Below, in pieces: positions 27,958 through 42,549 of a stretch of 64,000 bases of DNA (positions within the stretch are counted from its first letter, which is position 1; the number at the start of each line of letters is the position of its first letter). This DNA is from Eledone cirrhosa (lineage: Eukaryota). The translations under genes and the position numbers were made by a program. Location: the NCBI GenBank assembly GCA_964016885.1, contig OZ024742.1:140120001-140184000 (forward strand), read 5' to 3'. The notes beneath the pieces are model-generated. The model was not told the origin of the DNA, did not search any database, and saw only the letters and a list, made by a program, of their open reading frames with translations.

Positions 27958-28389
27958 AATATATATATACATAAATATATATATATATAAATATATATAC
28001 ATAAATACATAAATGTATATACATAAATATATATATACATAAATATATATATATAAATATATATATATAAATATATATACATAAATACATAAATATATAT
28101 ATATAAATATATATATACATAAATATATATATACATAAATATATATATACATAAATATATATATATAAATATATAAATATATATATACATAAATATATAT
28201 ACATAAATATATATATAAATATATATATATAAATATATATATACATAAATATATATACATAAATATATATATAAATATATATATATAAATATATATATAC
28301 ATAAATATATATACATAAATATATATATAAATATATATATATAAATATATATATACATAAATATATATATATAAATATATATAAATAAA

Positions 28390-28795
28390 AGCCGACCTTA
28401 CCCAACTACACCTCTCAAAGTCAATGACACACGACCGTGACTTCTGGCGTCACGCAGTAATACAGGGTACCCGACCTCCCATGGGTACATGCTGAAGCAT
28501 ATAAACAATATGCCCCCCCCCCCCACCGCAAGGTGGTCGTGGAGGTGCCACGGCAAAAAAGCACCCAGCCCACACTGTAAAGTGGACGTGTAGGCGCCAT
28601 GAAAAAGCACCCAGCACTCACTGTAAATGAGGTTGGTGTTAGGAAGGGCATCCAGCTGTAGAAATCAAGCCAGATCAGTTCCTGTATGAGCAAGGCATGG
28701 TCAGCCGACCAGACACTGCCCACAACAGGACAACCCGTCTAACCCATGCTAGCGTGGAAGAACGGACGTAAAACGGTGATGATGATGATGATGAT
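28390..28795 (+). mobile_element. RTE-tail element (LINE 3' UTR or SINE), ~400 bp
   Basis: CACCCAG..CACTGTAAA subrepeats and AACCCATGCTAGCGTGGAAG..(GAT)n end. A similar copy lies at 57150-57565 (-). Confidence 0.8.
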
Positions 28796-28860
28796 ATATA
28801 CATAAATATATATATATAAATATATATATATAAATATATATATATAAATATATATACATA

Positions 28861-28894
<34 letters not shown>

Positions 28895-28932
28895 AATATA
28901 TATATACATAAATATATATATATAAATATATA

Positions 28933-31049
28933 TGCAAAAGTTTTATTTAAAATTGTTGGGTTACAACAAGTAAATATTTTATAACTGATATAAAGCACTC
29001 AACAAGTTTTGGAGTAGATATACGATATTAAACTCTTTCACTATATTAAATTCTTTCACAGATCCAAACAAGAAATCTTCAACTTCACTATCAGGCTTAC
29101 TCTGGCAACTTAAACATGATAACGCTGGGTATTCGATGTTTTGGAATATTGTCTCAAGAGGGATTCCTTTTAATTCCTCATCTGAGACATGTGACCTCTG
29201 TGTGGAGGAGATATTCTTTATATTAAAATCTAAAAATTCCCTTAATTTAAGGAGCAATTTATTTAGTTGCTGCAGACATAGATTGAACTCAACGTTTAAA
29301 TATAAATTTAAAATGTAGTATAATTAGTTAAGATATTTAATTAATGTATGAAACCTGACGATAAATCTTTCGATTCCTTCAACTTTTTCTTTTAAACCTT
29401 CATAAATATATACTAATGATGTAATTAAACTACCCTAAAATGTAGATGCTCCCAATCTATTGAATAAATTTTACGCTAGATAAACTTCTATACTAAATAT
29501 AAGAGCATCTGTAGAACAACAGGGTCTCCTAAATCTTTTAAATGATTTCTGCTAAATAAGTTTTGTTGAATAATTTTTGGTTTTTGTTTGCTTTTTGATT
29601 CTGATTGCTTCTAATGAACTTGGCAATATATTGTCAGATAAATTGGAAGGGTAGATTTCTGTGGTTGATATGGGGTGCATACTGTGTTTTTTACGGTCCG
29701 AGATACTCTAGGGAGTGATGAAAATATTTTTAACGTTTTGATATCTCTGTGCTGATATATTAATATCTGGTTGTCTCTGTACAAAGGCCATATGTATTAA
29801 TATGAATATGGAATGATTACAGAGTATATTTTATTTTATCTGTTTATTTTATCTGTCCATGTACATATATGTGTGCATACATATATATATATATATATGT
29901 GTATGTGTGGGTATAGTTCTGGATATGTTACAGATATGCATAATATTCTATACATGAACGATAATCATGTATGTGAGGGCAGGAGTATTAATATATATTT
30001 TTTATGTATATATATATATATAGTAAAATCTTTTATAACACAAGGGAAAATTTTTTCTGTGAAACAAGAAATTACAGAGTTGATCACGTAAGATCATGGG
30101 TATGTCTATAGTATCAACTAGAACTTGAGATGACCTTCTCTTTTTCTCTTTCTTTCCTTTTCCGGAAAGTACATATATACTTATATATTTCCGTATTTTT
30201 TGAAGTTTTATCTCAGTTTTTGGTACATCGACCTCAGAATTTTAAACTAAACATATGGTCATTATTTTTCACACATTATATATCTATGTCTCATTCATGA
30301 ATATTGATATTTACATTATAATACCCAATTCATATGAATTGATAATTCAAATTGATAGGACATAACGTAAAGATGTAAATCTATCATCCCTCTCTCTAGA
30401 TATAGCTCTTTCTTCTCCTCCCTCTTTATATTTGATGAAGTCTAAATATCGGTTATTTTAACTTTGCCTCTCGAGTTTCTCTCTTGTTTTCTCTCTTACT
30501 TCTCTCCTATTTCTCTCACCTCCCCATATATAATAATTATTATTATTTGGTCTACCTCATTTTTCCCCCCACCTCTATCTTTCTCTCTCTCTCTGTTTTC
30601 TCTTCATTTTTTATTTCTCTCCATCTCCTTAACACTATAACTAAATAAGTACAGTACTCCCTCCCTCCTAAATCTCACAATTTGTATGATGAATTATTAT
30701 TATTCATCTGTTGCCTCAGCTGCTTCTCTTTTTTCACCTCCTCACTATTTCTCTCTCCCCTATCTCTCTCTATTTCTCTCTGTTTTTCTTTACATACATT
30801 TCTTCTTTTTCTCCGTCTTTCTTTTTAACTGTGCTTAACATTAAATATTTATAAACATTTCACTACCAAACCAACTTCTTACATAAAAGTTGATCAATAT
30901 CTATGGTACGTCAAAATTATTTATAAAACTGTTTATATATTGTATTTTATCTGAAGGCATGCCATATTTTTAATATGGTATCCCCGAAATATGTATAATG
31001 AAATAAATATGGTTTTATAAATATAGTTTCCATTTGTTTAATATCGTAT
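28933..31049 (+). mobile_element. 5'-truncated PLE (GIY-YIG C-terminus, long 3' UTR, core-deleted HHR) with an inverted 3' tail at its 5' end
   Basis: ORF 29136..29318 FWNIVSRGIPFNSSSETCDLCVEE..CCRH is homologous to 46586..46774. Segment 28933-29033 matches 44763-44864. The HHR at 30943-31005 lacks 3 core nt (CTGA-AGG). Confidence 0.85.
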
Positions 31050-31068
31050 ATATAAATATATATATATA

Positions 31069-31100
<32 letters not shown>

Positions 31101-31341
31101 AATATATATATATAAATATATATATATATAAATATATATATATAAATATATATATATATAAATATATATATATATAAATATATATATATATAAATATATA
31201 TATACATAAATATATATATATAAATATATATATATAAATATATATATATAAATATATATATACATAAATATATATATATAAATATATATATACATAAATA
31301 TATATATATATACATATATACATATACATATATACATATAC

Positions 31342-31446
<105 letters not shown>

Positions 31447-31447
31447 A

Positions 31448-31478
<31 letters not shown>

Positions 31479-31479
31479 A

Positions 31480-31612
<133 letters not shown>

Positions 31613-31631
31613 TAAATATATATAAATATAC

Positions 31632-31662
<31 letters not shown>

Positions 31663-31674
31663 CATATATATATA

Positions 31675-31708
<34 letters not shown>

Positions 31709-31709
31709 C

Positions 31710-31760
<51 letters not shown>

Positions 31761-31803
31761 CATATATATATAAATATATATATATATATACATATATATA
31801 TAA

Positions 31804-31834
<31 letters not shown>

Positions 31835-31873
31835 CATATATATATAAATATAAATATATATATATATACATAT

Positions 31874-31912
<39 letters not shown>

Positions 31913-31917
31913 AATAT

Positions 31918-31956
<39 letters not shown>

Positions 31957-32192
31957 AATATAAATATATATATATATTTCGTTTCTGAATTTGTTTAGCA
32001 AGATTCTTTATCTGAAATCGTGTGTTGAAACCGATATTGTTATACTTTGGGAGGGTCATGTTGCCAATAAGAAACACACGCACCAGTTGCTTTCACTTCA
32101 ATTTAATTTATTATATATTTATAAATTTACAAATTTATAAATTTCTGGTTGGTTGGTTGGTTCCACAACCAGATAGTTGTTTATATATATAT

Positions 32193-32237
32193 AGTCATAG
32201 TTCTTTCGTCACACACTCTGTGACCTCTTCAGTGACT
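32193..32237 (-). ncRNA. Minimal type I hammerhead ribozyme (mirror copy)
   Basis: Exact inverse of 32348-32392. Confidence 0.8.
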
Positions 32238-32347
32238 GGGGATTTCTTTCTTCGTTTCTGTGCCTTTCCTTTCTTCTATGGCGTAGGATAGAAAAATGGC
32301 GTAGGATAGAAGAAAGGAAAGGCACAGAAACGAAGAAAGAAATCCCC

Positions 32348-32392
32348 AGTCACTGAAGAGGTCACAGAGTGTGTGACGAAAGAACTATGACT
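32348..32392 (+). ncRNA. Minimal type I hammerhead ribozyme
   Basis: AGTCA CTGAAGA gGTCAC agagtgt GTGAC GAAA G aa C TA TGACT. Stem I 5 bp, CUA triplet. Confidence 0.8.
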
Positions 32393-32561
32393 ATATATAT
32401 ATAAACAACTATCTGGTTGTGGAACCAACCAGAAATTTATAAATTTGTAAATTTATAAATATATAATAAATTAAATTGAAGTGAAAGCAACTGGTGCGTG
32501 TGTTTCTTATTGGCAACATGACCCTCCCAAAGTATAACAATATATATATATATATATATAA

Positions 32562-32598
<37 letters not shown>

Positions 32599-32641
32599 CA
32601 TATATATAAATATATATAAATATATAAATATATATATATAC

Positions 32642-32674
<33 letters not shown>

Positions 32675-33059
32675 AATATATATAAATATATACATATATA
32701 TAAATATATAGCGGCGATGAATTAGTTTTGCGAGGTTTTTTATATGAAATCGTGTGTCGAAACAGATATAGTTATATTTGGGGAGGGTCATATTTGCGTA
32801 ATATTGCCAGAATTAATAACAGAACACACTCACTGTTTGGTTGGTTTTCGCTTCTCGCTGTCTTTTATATATATATATCTGCGATCTAACTTACTCGGTC
32901 CTCAATGTTGCCATTGACTGACCGGCGGTCAAAAATAATACAGATACAATATAGACACAAACACATATATATAGTTTACATAATTTACAGCAAACGAGAG
33001 AGATGACTTCATGAGCGTCATCCAACAATGGCAACATTGAGGACCGAGTCCTCAATGTA

Positions 33060-33452
33060 TCTCTATTTCCTCTCTCTCTCTATATATATATATCTTTCTG
33101 TTTCTTTACATGAAGTTCTTCTCTTTATCTATCTTTCCATCTCTCTATTTTGTTCCATGCATTTCTTCTTTTTCTTTTTCTTCGTTTTCTGTCTTTCTTT
33201 CCTTTTTTTCTCTCTTTTTCTCTCTTTCTCTCTCTCTTTCTTTCTCTTTGTGTACAATTTTGTCACTACCAAATCAACCTTCTCAAATGCAAGTAGATGT
33301 TACGGTATGTCGAATCTATTTAGCTATAAAACTGTTTATATTGTATTTTGTCTGAGGAAGGCATAGCATATTGTTAATATGATATCCCTGAAATATATAT
33401 AATGAAATAAATATGGTTTTATAAATATAGTTTCCATTTATTTAATATTGTA
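33060..33452 (+). mobile_element. 3' UTR fragment of the 44763-family PLE
   Basis: Similar to 30740-31049 and ends at the same internal TA point. Confidence 0.75.
33344..33409 (+). ncRNA. Type I hammerhead ribozyme with TA-repeat stem III
   Basis: TATTTTGT CTGAGGA AGG..CATATT..AATATG..CCT GAAA TATATA TA ATGAAATA. Confidence 0.7.
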
Positions 33453-33602
33453 TATATAAATATATATATATATATATAAATATATATATATAAATATATA
33501 TATATAAATATATATATATAAATATATATATATAAATATATATAAATATATATATATAAATATATATATATAAATATATATATATATAAATATATATATA
33601 TA

Positions 33603-33648
<46 letters not shown>

Positions 33649-33673
33649 TATATATATAAATATATATATATAA

Positions 33674-33780
<107 letters not shown>

Positions 33781-33819
33781 AATACATGAATATATATATA
33801 TATAATTATATATATATAT

Positions 33820-33850
<31 letters not shown>

Positions 33851-33889
33851 AATACATGAATATATATATATATAATTATATATATATAT

Positions 33890-33920
<31 letters not shown>

Positions 33921-33947
33921 AATACATGAATATATATATATATATAA

Positions 33948-34088
<141 letters not shown>

Positions 34089-34094
34089 ATTATA

Positions 34095-34427
34095 TCATTT
34101 CATTTTACGTCCGCTTTTTCCCTGCTTGCAAGGGTGGGACGGGAACTGATGCTGGCTTGATTTCTACAGCTGGATGCCCTTCCTAACACCAACCTCATTT
34201 ACAGTGAGTGCTGGGTGCTTTTTTGCCGTGGCACCTCCACGACCACTTTGCAGTGGAATGATATGGATCCCAGTCCCTATCATCTCATTTCTACAGCTGA
34301 GTAAACTGGAGCAATGTGAAATAAAGTGTCTTGCTCAAGGAAACAACACATCACCCGGTCTGAGAATTGAACTCACAACCTTTCGATTGCAAGGCCAATG
34401 CTCTAACCACTAAGCCATGTGCCTCCA
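34095..34427 (-). mobile_element. SINE (tRNA head plus RTE tail). Its head is duplicated in inverted form at 35106-35214
   Basis: Similar to 14964-15336. Confidence 0.82.
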
Positions 34428-34457
34428 TTATATATGTATATATATATATATATATAA

Positions 34458-34490
<33 letters not shown>

Positions 34491-34491
34491 A

Positions 34492-34524
<33 letters not shown>

Positions 34525-34571
34525 AATGTATATATATATATATATAAATGTATATATATATATATATATAA

Positions 34572-34614
<43 letters not shown>

Positions 34615-34642
34615 TATGTATATATATATATACAAATATATG

Positions 34643-34734
<92 letters not shown>

Positions 34735-34771
34735 AATATATATATATATAAATATATGTATATATATATAT

Positions 34772-34890
<119 letters not shown>

Positions 34891-34918
34891 CATATATTTG
34901 TATATATATATATACATA

Positions 34919-34961
<43 letters not shown>

Positions 34962-35008
34962 TTATATATATATATATATATACATTTATATATATATATA
35001 TATACATT

Positions 35009-35041
<33 letters not shown>

Positions 35042-35042
35042 T

Positions 35043-35075
<33 letters not shown>

Positions 35076-35880
35076 TTATATATATATATATATATACATA
35101 TATAATGGAGGCACATGGCTTAGTGGTTAGAGCATTGGCCTTGCAATCGAAAGGTTGTGAGTTCAATTCTCAGACCGGGTGATGTGTTGTTTCCTTGAGC
35201 AAGACACTTTATTTATATATATATAAACATATGTATATATATATATAAATATATGTGTATATATATATAATCATATGTATATATATATATAAACATATGT
35301 ATATATATATATAAATATATGTATATATATATATAAATATATGTATATATATATATAAACATATGTATATATATATATAAATATATGTATATATATATAT
35401 ATAAATATATGTATATATATATATATAAATATATGTATATATATATATAAATATATGTATATATATATATATAAATATATGTATATATATATATATAAAT
35501 ATATGTATATATATATATAAATATATGTATATATATATATAAATATATGTATATATATATATATAAATATATGTATATATATATATATAAATATATGTAT
35601 ATATATATATAAATATATGTATATATATATATAAATATATGTATATATATATATAAATATATGTATATATATATATAAATATATGTATATATATATATAT
35701 AAATATATGTATATATATATATATAAATATATGTATATATATATATAAATATATGTATATATATATATATAAATATATGTATATATATATATATAAATAT
35801 ATGTATATATATATATATAAATATATGTATATATATATATATGTATATATATGTATATATATATATGTATATATATATAT

Positions 35881-36568
35881 ATCACGATATATTAACGGAG
35901 GCATAGGCCGTCGTTATTCCCTGTAAATAATGTGCTCAAAGGGGAAGAGATCCTGAGCCCTTTAAAATATAATATGTTGAGAAGGTAACACACCAGAGAG
36001 AGATATATAGTGCGTTATCAATAATACAGGGAAAAAACCACCAGTGTATGGAATCTATAACCTATGAAAGGCAGACTATAGACACGATAATTAAAAAATA
36101 TAAATTAAAGCGTAAATAAATACCTCTATAACTATATAACACACGTACAAATCCAAAGATATGTTTCACTAGAAAATTTTTTGAAAGAAATGGTAGTCTC
36201 GGTTCATCAGCGTGTGTAAGGCTATACATTTCAGACAACACTAAGAGAATTTTACAATTAACTGTCCAGCTACACGTGGGAGAGAGAAGTCACAGCGTGT
36301 TTAAGGGCAGTGAACCAGTGGCCTCTGAGAGACGAACTGCTAGAAAGTGCATCCCAAAGCCACTCAGAGAAGAGTGCTCAACCAAACAGAGATAGGAAAG
36401 ACTGTTGTTAGGAGCGAAATATCACGATAAATTAACGGAGGTATAGGCCGTCGTTATTCCCTATAAATAATGTGCTCAAAGGGGAAGAGATCCTGAGCCC
36501 TTTAAAATATAATATGTTGAGAAGGTAACACACCAGAGAGAGACATATAGTGCGTTATCAATAATACA
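35881..36568 (-). mobile_element. 540-bp unit plus 148-bp terminal direct repeat, with an HHR-like motif (pLTR/retrozyme-like)
   Basis: 35881-36028 is repeated at 36421-36568. Minus-strand CACACG CTGATGA..TAGT GAAACATATC..CGTGTG at 36140-36216. Confidence 0.65.
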
Positions 36569-38166
36569 TAAATATATGTATATATATATATATAAATATA
36601 TGTATATATATATATATAAATATATGTATAAATATATAAATATATGTATATATATATATAAATATATGTATATATATATATATAAATATGTATATATATA
36701 TATATATATATATAAATATATGTATATATATATATAAATATATGTATATATATATATATATATATAAATATATGTATATATATAAATATATAAATATATG
36801 TATATATATATATATAAATATACGTATATATATAAATATACGTATATATATATATATAAATATATGTATATATATATATAAATATATGTATATATATATA
36901 TATATAAATGTATATATATATAAATATATAAATATATGTATATATATATATATATATATATAAATATATGTATATATATATATATATAAATGTATATATA
37001 TATAAATATATAAATATATGTATATATATATATATATATAAATATATGTATATATATATATATATAAATATATGTATATATATATATATAAATATACGTA
37101 TATATATATATATATATAAATATATAAATATATGTATATATATATATATATATAAATATATGTATATATATATATATATAAATATACGTATATATATATA
37201 TATATAAATGTATGTATATATATATATATATATATAAATATATGTATATATATATATAAATATATGTATATATATATATAAATATATGTATATATAAATA
37301 TATAAATATATGTATATATATAAATATATATATATATATAAATATATAAATATATGTATATATATAAATATATATATATATATAAATATATAAATATATG
37401 TATATATATAAATATATATATATATATAAATATATAAATATGTATATATAAATATATGTATATATATATATATATATATAAATATGTATATATAAATATA
37501 TGTATATATATAAATATATGTATATGTATATAAATATATGTATATATAAATATATGTATATGTATATAAATATATGTATATATAAATATATGTATATATA
37601 AATATATGTATATATATAAATATATGTATATGTATATAAATATATGTATATATAAATATATGTATATATATAAATATATGTATATATAAATATATGTATA
37701 TATATAAATATATGTATATATATATAAATATATAAATATATGTATATATATAAATATATGTATATATATATATATAAATATATGTATATATATAAATATA
37801 TCTATATATATATATATAAATATATGTATATATATAAATATATGTATATATAAATATATGTATATATATAAATATATGTATATATATATAAATATATAAA
37901 TATATGTATATATATAAATATATCTATATATATATATATAAATATATCTATATATGTATATATATAAATATATCTATATATATATATATAAATATATCTA
38001 TATATGTATATATATAAATATATAAATATATGTATGTATATATATAAATATATCTATATATATATATATAAATATATCTATATATGTATATATATAAATA
38101 TATAAATATATGTATATATATGTATATATATAAATATATAAATATATGTATATATATAAATATATG

Positions 38167-38198
<32 letters not shown>

Positions 38199-38403
38199 AA
38201 TATATGTATATATATATATATATATATATAAATATATAAATATATGTATATATAAATATATGTATATATAAATATATGTAGGAGGTGAGTTTTATTGTAG
38301 TACAATAAAGCAATGCAGATATCGGATAAGAAGCACTCTACAGTTTGTAGGACTGGAGTATACATAATATATAAGATCAAAAGATGGTTAAAGGAGTTCC
38401 ATG

Positions 38404-38474
38404 TATTTTATTATGCGCATTTCAAAAACAAACATCATCATGCAATAATATTTGTGTTTTCATCAGATAAAACA
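38404..38474 (-). ncRNA. Type I hammerhead ribozyme (mirror of 42550-42620)
   Basis: Exact inverse of 42550-42620. Confidence 0.88.
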
Positions 38475-39508
38475 GGAGAACATGATATGAAGGCTAAAAA
38501 ACACTTGTGGATAGTGCAGTTTTAAATCAACATATGAAAAGTAGTTTTAGATTGATGTGTGATATTGGGAAAAATATTTTATTTAGAGAGGGGGGGTGGA
38601 AAGGATGAAAAAAGGGGAGGAGATGAGAATGAAGGTGGAGAGGGAGAGATGGGTGATAGAGAGAAAGAGATAGTTTTTATAACTGAGAAAAGATATATTG
38701 TTTTACATAGAGAGGTTGAGAACCGTTGGAAGATAATGTATAAATTAAAAGAATTTGAAAATTAACGAAGGGAAAGATATGTACGAGGAAAGAGAGGGAG
38801 TTGATGTATTGAGATTAAAAAGTTTGAAGATAGAGAGAAAAAAAGAGAAAAAATAATAATTGCGGATGAATATTCTAACATCAAAAAGGTGTATGTTTAT
38901 AAGTATTATGGCAATTTCAAAATTAACGAAGAGAAAAAAATTATTAAGGTTTGTGTGTTGAAGGATTTGAGAAAAATAATGTGAAGTTAAAGTTTGTATA
39001 TTGAAGGAATTGATAATATGTGCGAAGAAAGAGTTAATATGTATTAAAAAATTATTAAGGTTTGTGTATTAGATGATTTGAGAAAAATAATGTGAAGTTA
39101 AGGTTTTTATATTGAAGGAATTGATAATTTGTGCGAAGAAAGAGTTAATATGTATTAAGAATGAGTTAGTTGTTGGGAAGAAAAAAATATTAAATTAAGG
39201 ATGAATATTCTAGCGTCAAAAGAAGGAGAGGGAGTTAATGTATTGAGATTAAAAAGTTTGATGATGGAGAGAAAAAATAATAATAATTGCGGATGAATAT
39301 TCTAACGTCAAAAAAAAACAAAAAAAAAAACAAATGTATATGTTATGAAGGATTTTACAAGGTGAAGATAGAATGAGGGTAATGAGTAAACAAGTATTAT
39401 AGAGTGTATAATGCCCTTTGAAGTAAGGTAGGAAGATGGGTATATTTTAAAGAGGTGAATGTATATGTGCCTTTGAGAAAAGATTCTAAATTGATAAAGA
39501 ATTGAATA

Positions 39509-40267
39509 TTAGCTGTATACTTTGTGAAAAGTCCTATGGAATTTATGCAGGCAGATAGAAAACAAATCTGTACGTCTATTTATTATAGAATCTAGATTAG
39601 AGATAATGGTAAATTTTTCATTTAGGCAGAGATTACAGATTTTAGATAGAGAGCTGTTCAAGTATGAGGACGCAGAAGAAACCTTCTTCCAAAAGATGGT
39701 ATATTTAATGTTTTTGTCTTTCAAGGACCATATGAGTTCTGAGAGAGCCGTGTTGGTTCTTTTAAGTTTGTATTTAAAAGATGAATGATGATTATAGAGA
39801 CGAGCTTTAAAAGAGGTGGAAGTGGAGCCAAAATAGGTGAAGGAATTGGTGCTAGTTATAACTTTACATTCATAAATTAAGTTTTTATCAAGACAATGGT
39901 TGTTGAGAGGACATTTATTTTTAATGCGGCAGTTGCAATTAGAGAGATTATTAATGAGTGACCTAGTGTTATCTATAGAAGGAATTGGATTGGAGAAGTT
40001 GTTTGCGATAGGAATAATAGGAATAATAGTTTCTTGATTTAGAGTTGGATTATGAACATTTAGCGAAGTTGTGTTTGACGTTGTATTTGGGTTTACAGAA
40101 GTTAGCCTAGGGTTTACAATGACGTCGGGAGTACTATTACTGTTATTATGAAATTCAATGTTGGAAGGAAGAGATTTAGTATTTAGTATTTTATTGTTGT
40201 GTTTAGAGATAATGTTGGAAATATTGGAGGATGTAGAATAAGAAAATTTGATGGTGTGTTTGTTAAA
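39509..40267 (-). pseudogene. Inverted copy of the GIY-YIG endonuclease coding region
   Basis: Translation matches 40542-41300 except SLP versus SIP. Confidence 0.88.
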
Positions 40268-41300
40268 CATCTTTGACGCTAACGCCAATTACTATAATAA
40301 CGCACTTTCTAAAGCCGGTTATCCTGATAAAATCAAATATAGTAACAAAACAAATTCTAGAAAAACTTACAGAAGAATAATTAATCATGATCATTCCAAT
40401 AACTTTAATAAAAGACCTAGATACAAAAACATAATCTGGTATAATGCTCCTTTCTCCATCTCTATTAATAACAATATTCCTAAATTATTTTTTACTGCCT
40501 TAAATAAATGCTTCCCTCCCTCACATATCTATAGTAAAATATTTAACAAACACACCATCAAATTTTCTTATTCTACATCCTCCAATATTTCCAACATTAT
40601 CTCTAAACACAACAATAAAATACTAAATACTAAATCTATTCCTTCCAACATTGAATTTCATAATAACAGTAATAGTACTCCCGACGTCATTGTAAACCCT
40701 AGGCTAACTTCTGTAAACCCAAATACAACGTCAAACACAACTTCGCTAAATGTTCATAATCCAACTCTAAATCAAGAAACTATTATTCCTATTATTCCTA
40801 TCGCAAACAACTTCTCCAATCCAATTCCTTCTATAGATAACACTAGGTCACTCATTAATAATCTCTCTAATTGCAACTGCCGCATTAAAAATAAATGTCC
40901 TCTCAACAACCATTGTCTTGATAAAAACTTAATTTATGAATGTAAAGTTATAACTAGCACCAATTCCTTCACCTATTTTGGCTCCACTTCCACCTCTTTT
41001 AAAGCTCGTCTCTATAATCATCATTCATCTTTTAAATACAAACTTAAAAGAACCAACACGGCTCTCTCAGAACTCATATGGTCCTTGAAAGACAAAAACA
41101 TTAAATATACCATCTTTTGGAAGAAGGTTTCTTCTGCGTCCTCATACTTGAACAGCTCTCTATCTAAAATCTGTAATCTCTGCCTAAATGAAAAATTTAC
41201 CATTATCTCTAATCTAGATTCTATAATAAATAGACGTACAGATTTGTTTTCTATCTGCCTGCATAAATTCCATAGGACTTTTCACAAAGTATACAGCTAA
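40266..41300 (+). CDS. PLE ORF C-terminus: RT thumb end, linker and GIY-YIG endonuclease (open, 5'-truncated)
   Basis: YYNNALSKAGY..IIWYNAPFS..CNCRIKNKCPLNNHC..LIYEC..YFGST..FKARLYNHHSSF..LSELIWSLK..CNLCLNEK..INRR. Confidence 0.9.
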   Translation, partial: NIFDANANYYNNALSKAGYPDKIKYSNKTNSRKTYRRIINHDHSNNFNKRPRYKNIIWYNAPFSISINNNIPKLFFTALNKCFPPSHIYSKIFNKHTIKFSYSTSSNISNIISKHNNKILNTKSIPSNIEFHNNSNSTPDVIVNPRLTSVNPNTTSNTTSLNVHNPTLNQETIIPIIPIANNFSNPIPSIDNTRSLINNLSNCNCRIKNKCPLNNHCLDKNLIYECKVITSTNSFTYFGSTSTSFKARLYNHHSSFKYKLKRTNTALSELIWSLKDKNIKYTIFWKKVSSASSYLNSSLSKICNLCLNEKFTIISNLDSIINRRTDLFSICLHKFHRTFHKVYS

Positions 41301-42549
41301 TATTCAATTCTTTATCAATTTAGAATCTTTTCTCAAAGGCACATATACATTCACCTCTTTAAAATATACCCATCTTCCTACCTTACTTCAAAGGGCATTA
41401 TACACTCTATAATACTTGTTTACTCATTACCCTCATTCTATCTTCACCTTGTAAAATCCTTCATAACATATACATTTGTTTTTTTTTTTGTTTTTTTTGA
41501 CGTTAGAATATTCATCCGCAATTATTATTATTTTTTCTCTCCATCATCAAACTTTTTAATCTCAATACATTAACTCCCTCTCCTTCTTTTGACGCTAGAA
41601 TATTCATCCTTAATTTAATATTTTTTTCTTCCCAACAACTAACTCATTCTTAATACATATTAACTCTTTCTTCGCACAAATTATCAATTCCTTCAATATA
41701 AAAACCTTAACTTCACATTATTTTTCTCAAATCATCTAATACACAAACCTTAATAATTTTTTTAATACATATTAACTCTTTCTTCGCACATATTATCAAT
41801 TCCTTCAATATACAAACTTTAACTTCACATTATTTTTCTCAAATCCTTCAACACACAAACCTTAATAATTTTTTTCTCTTCGTTAATTTTGAAATTGCCA
41901 TAATACTTATAAACATACACCTTTTTGATGTTAGAATATTCATCCGCAATTATTATTTTTTCTCTTTTTTTCTCTCTATCTTCAAACTTTTTAATCTCAA
42001 TACATATCAACTCCCTCTCTTTCCTCGTACATATCTTTCCCTTCGTTAATTTTCAAATTCTTTTAATTTATACATTATCTTCCAACGGTTCTCAACCTCT
42101 CTATGTAAAACAATATATCTTTTCTCAGTTATAAAAACTATCTCTTTCTCTCTATCACCCATCTCTCCCTCTCCACCTTCACTCTCATCTCCTCTCCTTT
42201 TTTCATCCTTTCCACCCCCCTCTCTAAATAAAATATTTTTTCCTCGTACATATTTTTCCCTTCGTTAATTTTCAAATTCTTTTAATTTATACATTATCTT
42301 CCAACGGTTTTCAACCTCTCTATGTAAAACAATATATCTTCTCTCAGTTATAAAAACTATCTCTTTCTCTCTATCACCCATCTCTCCCTCTCCACCTTCA
42401 CTCTCATCTCCTCCCCTTTTTTCACTCCCCCCCCTCTCTAAATAAAATATTTTTCCCAATATCACACATCAATCTAAAACTACTTTTCATATGTTGATTT
42501 AAAACTGCACTATCCACAAGTGTTTTTTAGCCTTCATATCATGTTCTCC

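Larger units (their letters stand above)
32034..32543. mobile_element. ~240-bp-arm inverted repeat of an HHR-bearing non-coding unit
   Basis: 32034-32279 is the reverse complement of 32306-32543 except for GGTT copy number. A diverged related segment lies at ~32715-32830. Confidence 0.85.
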
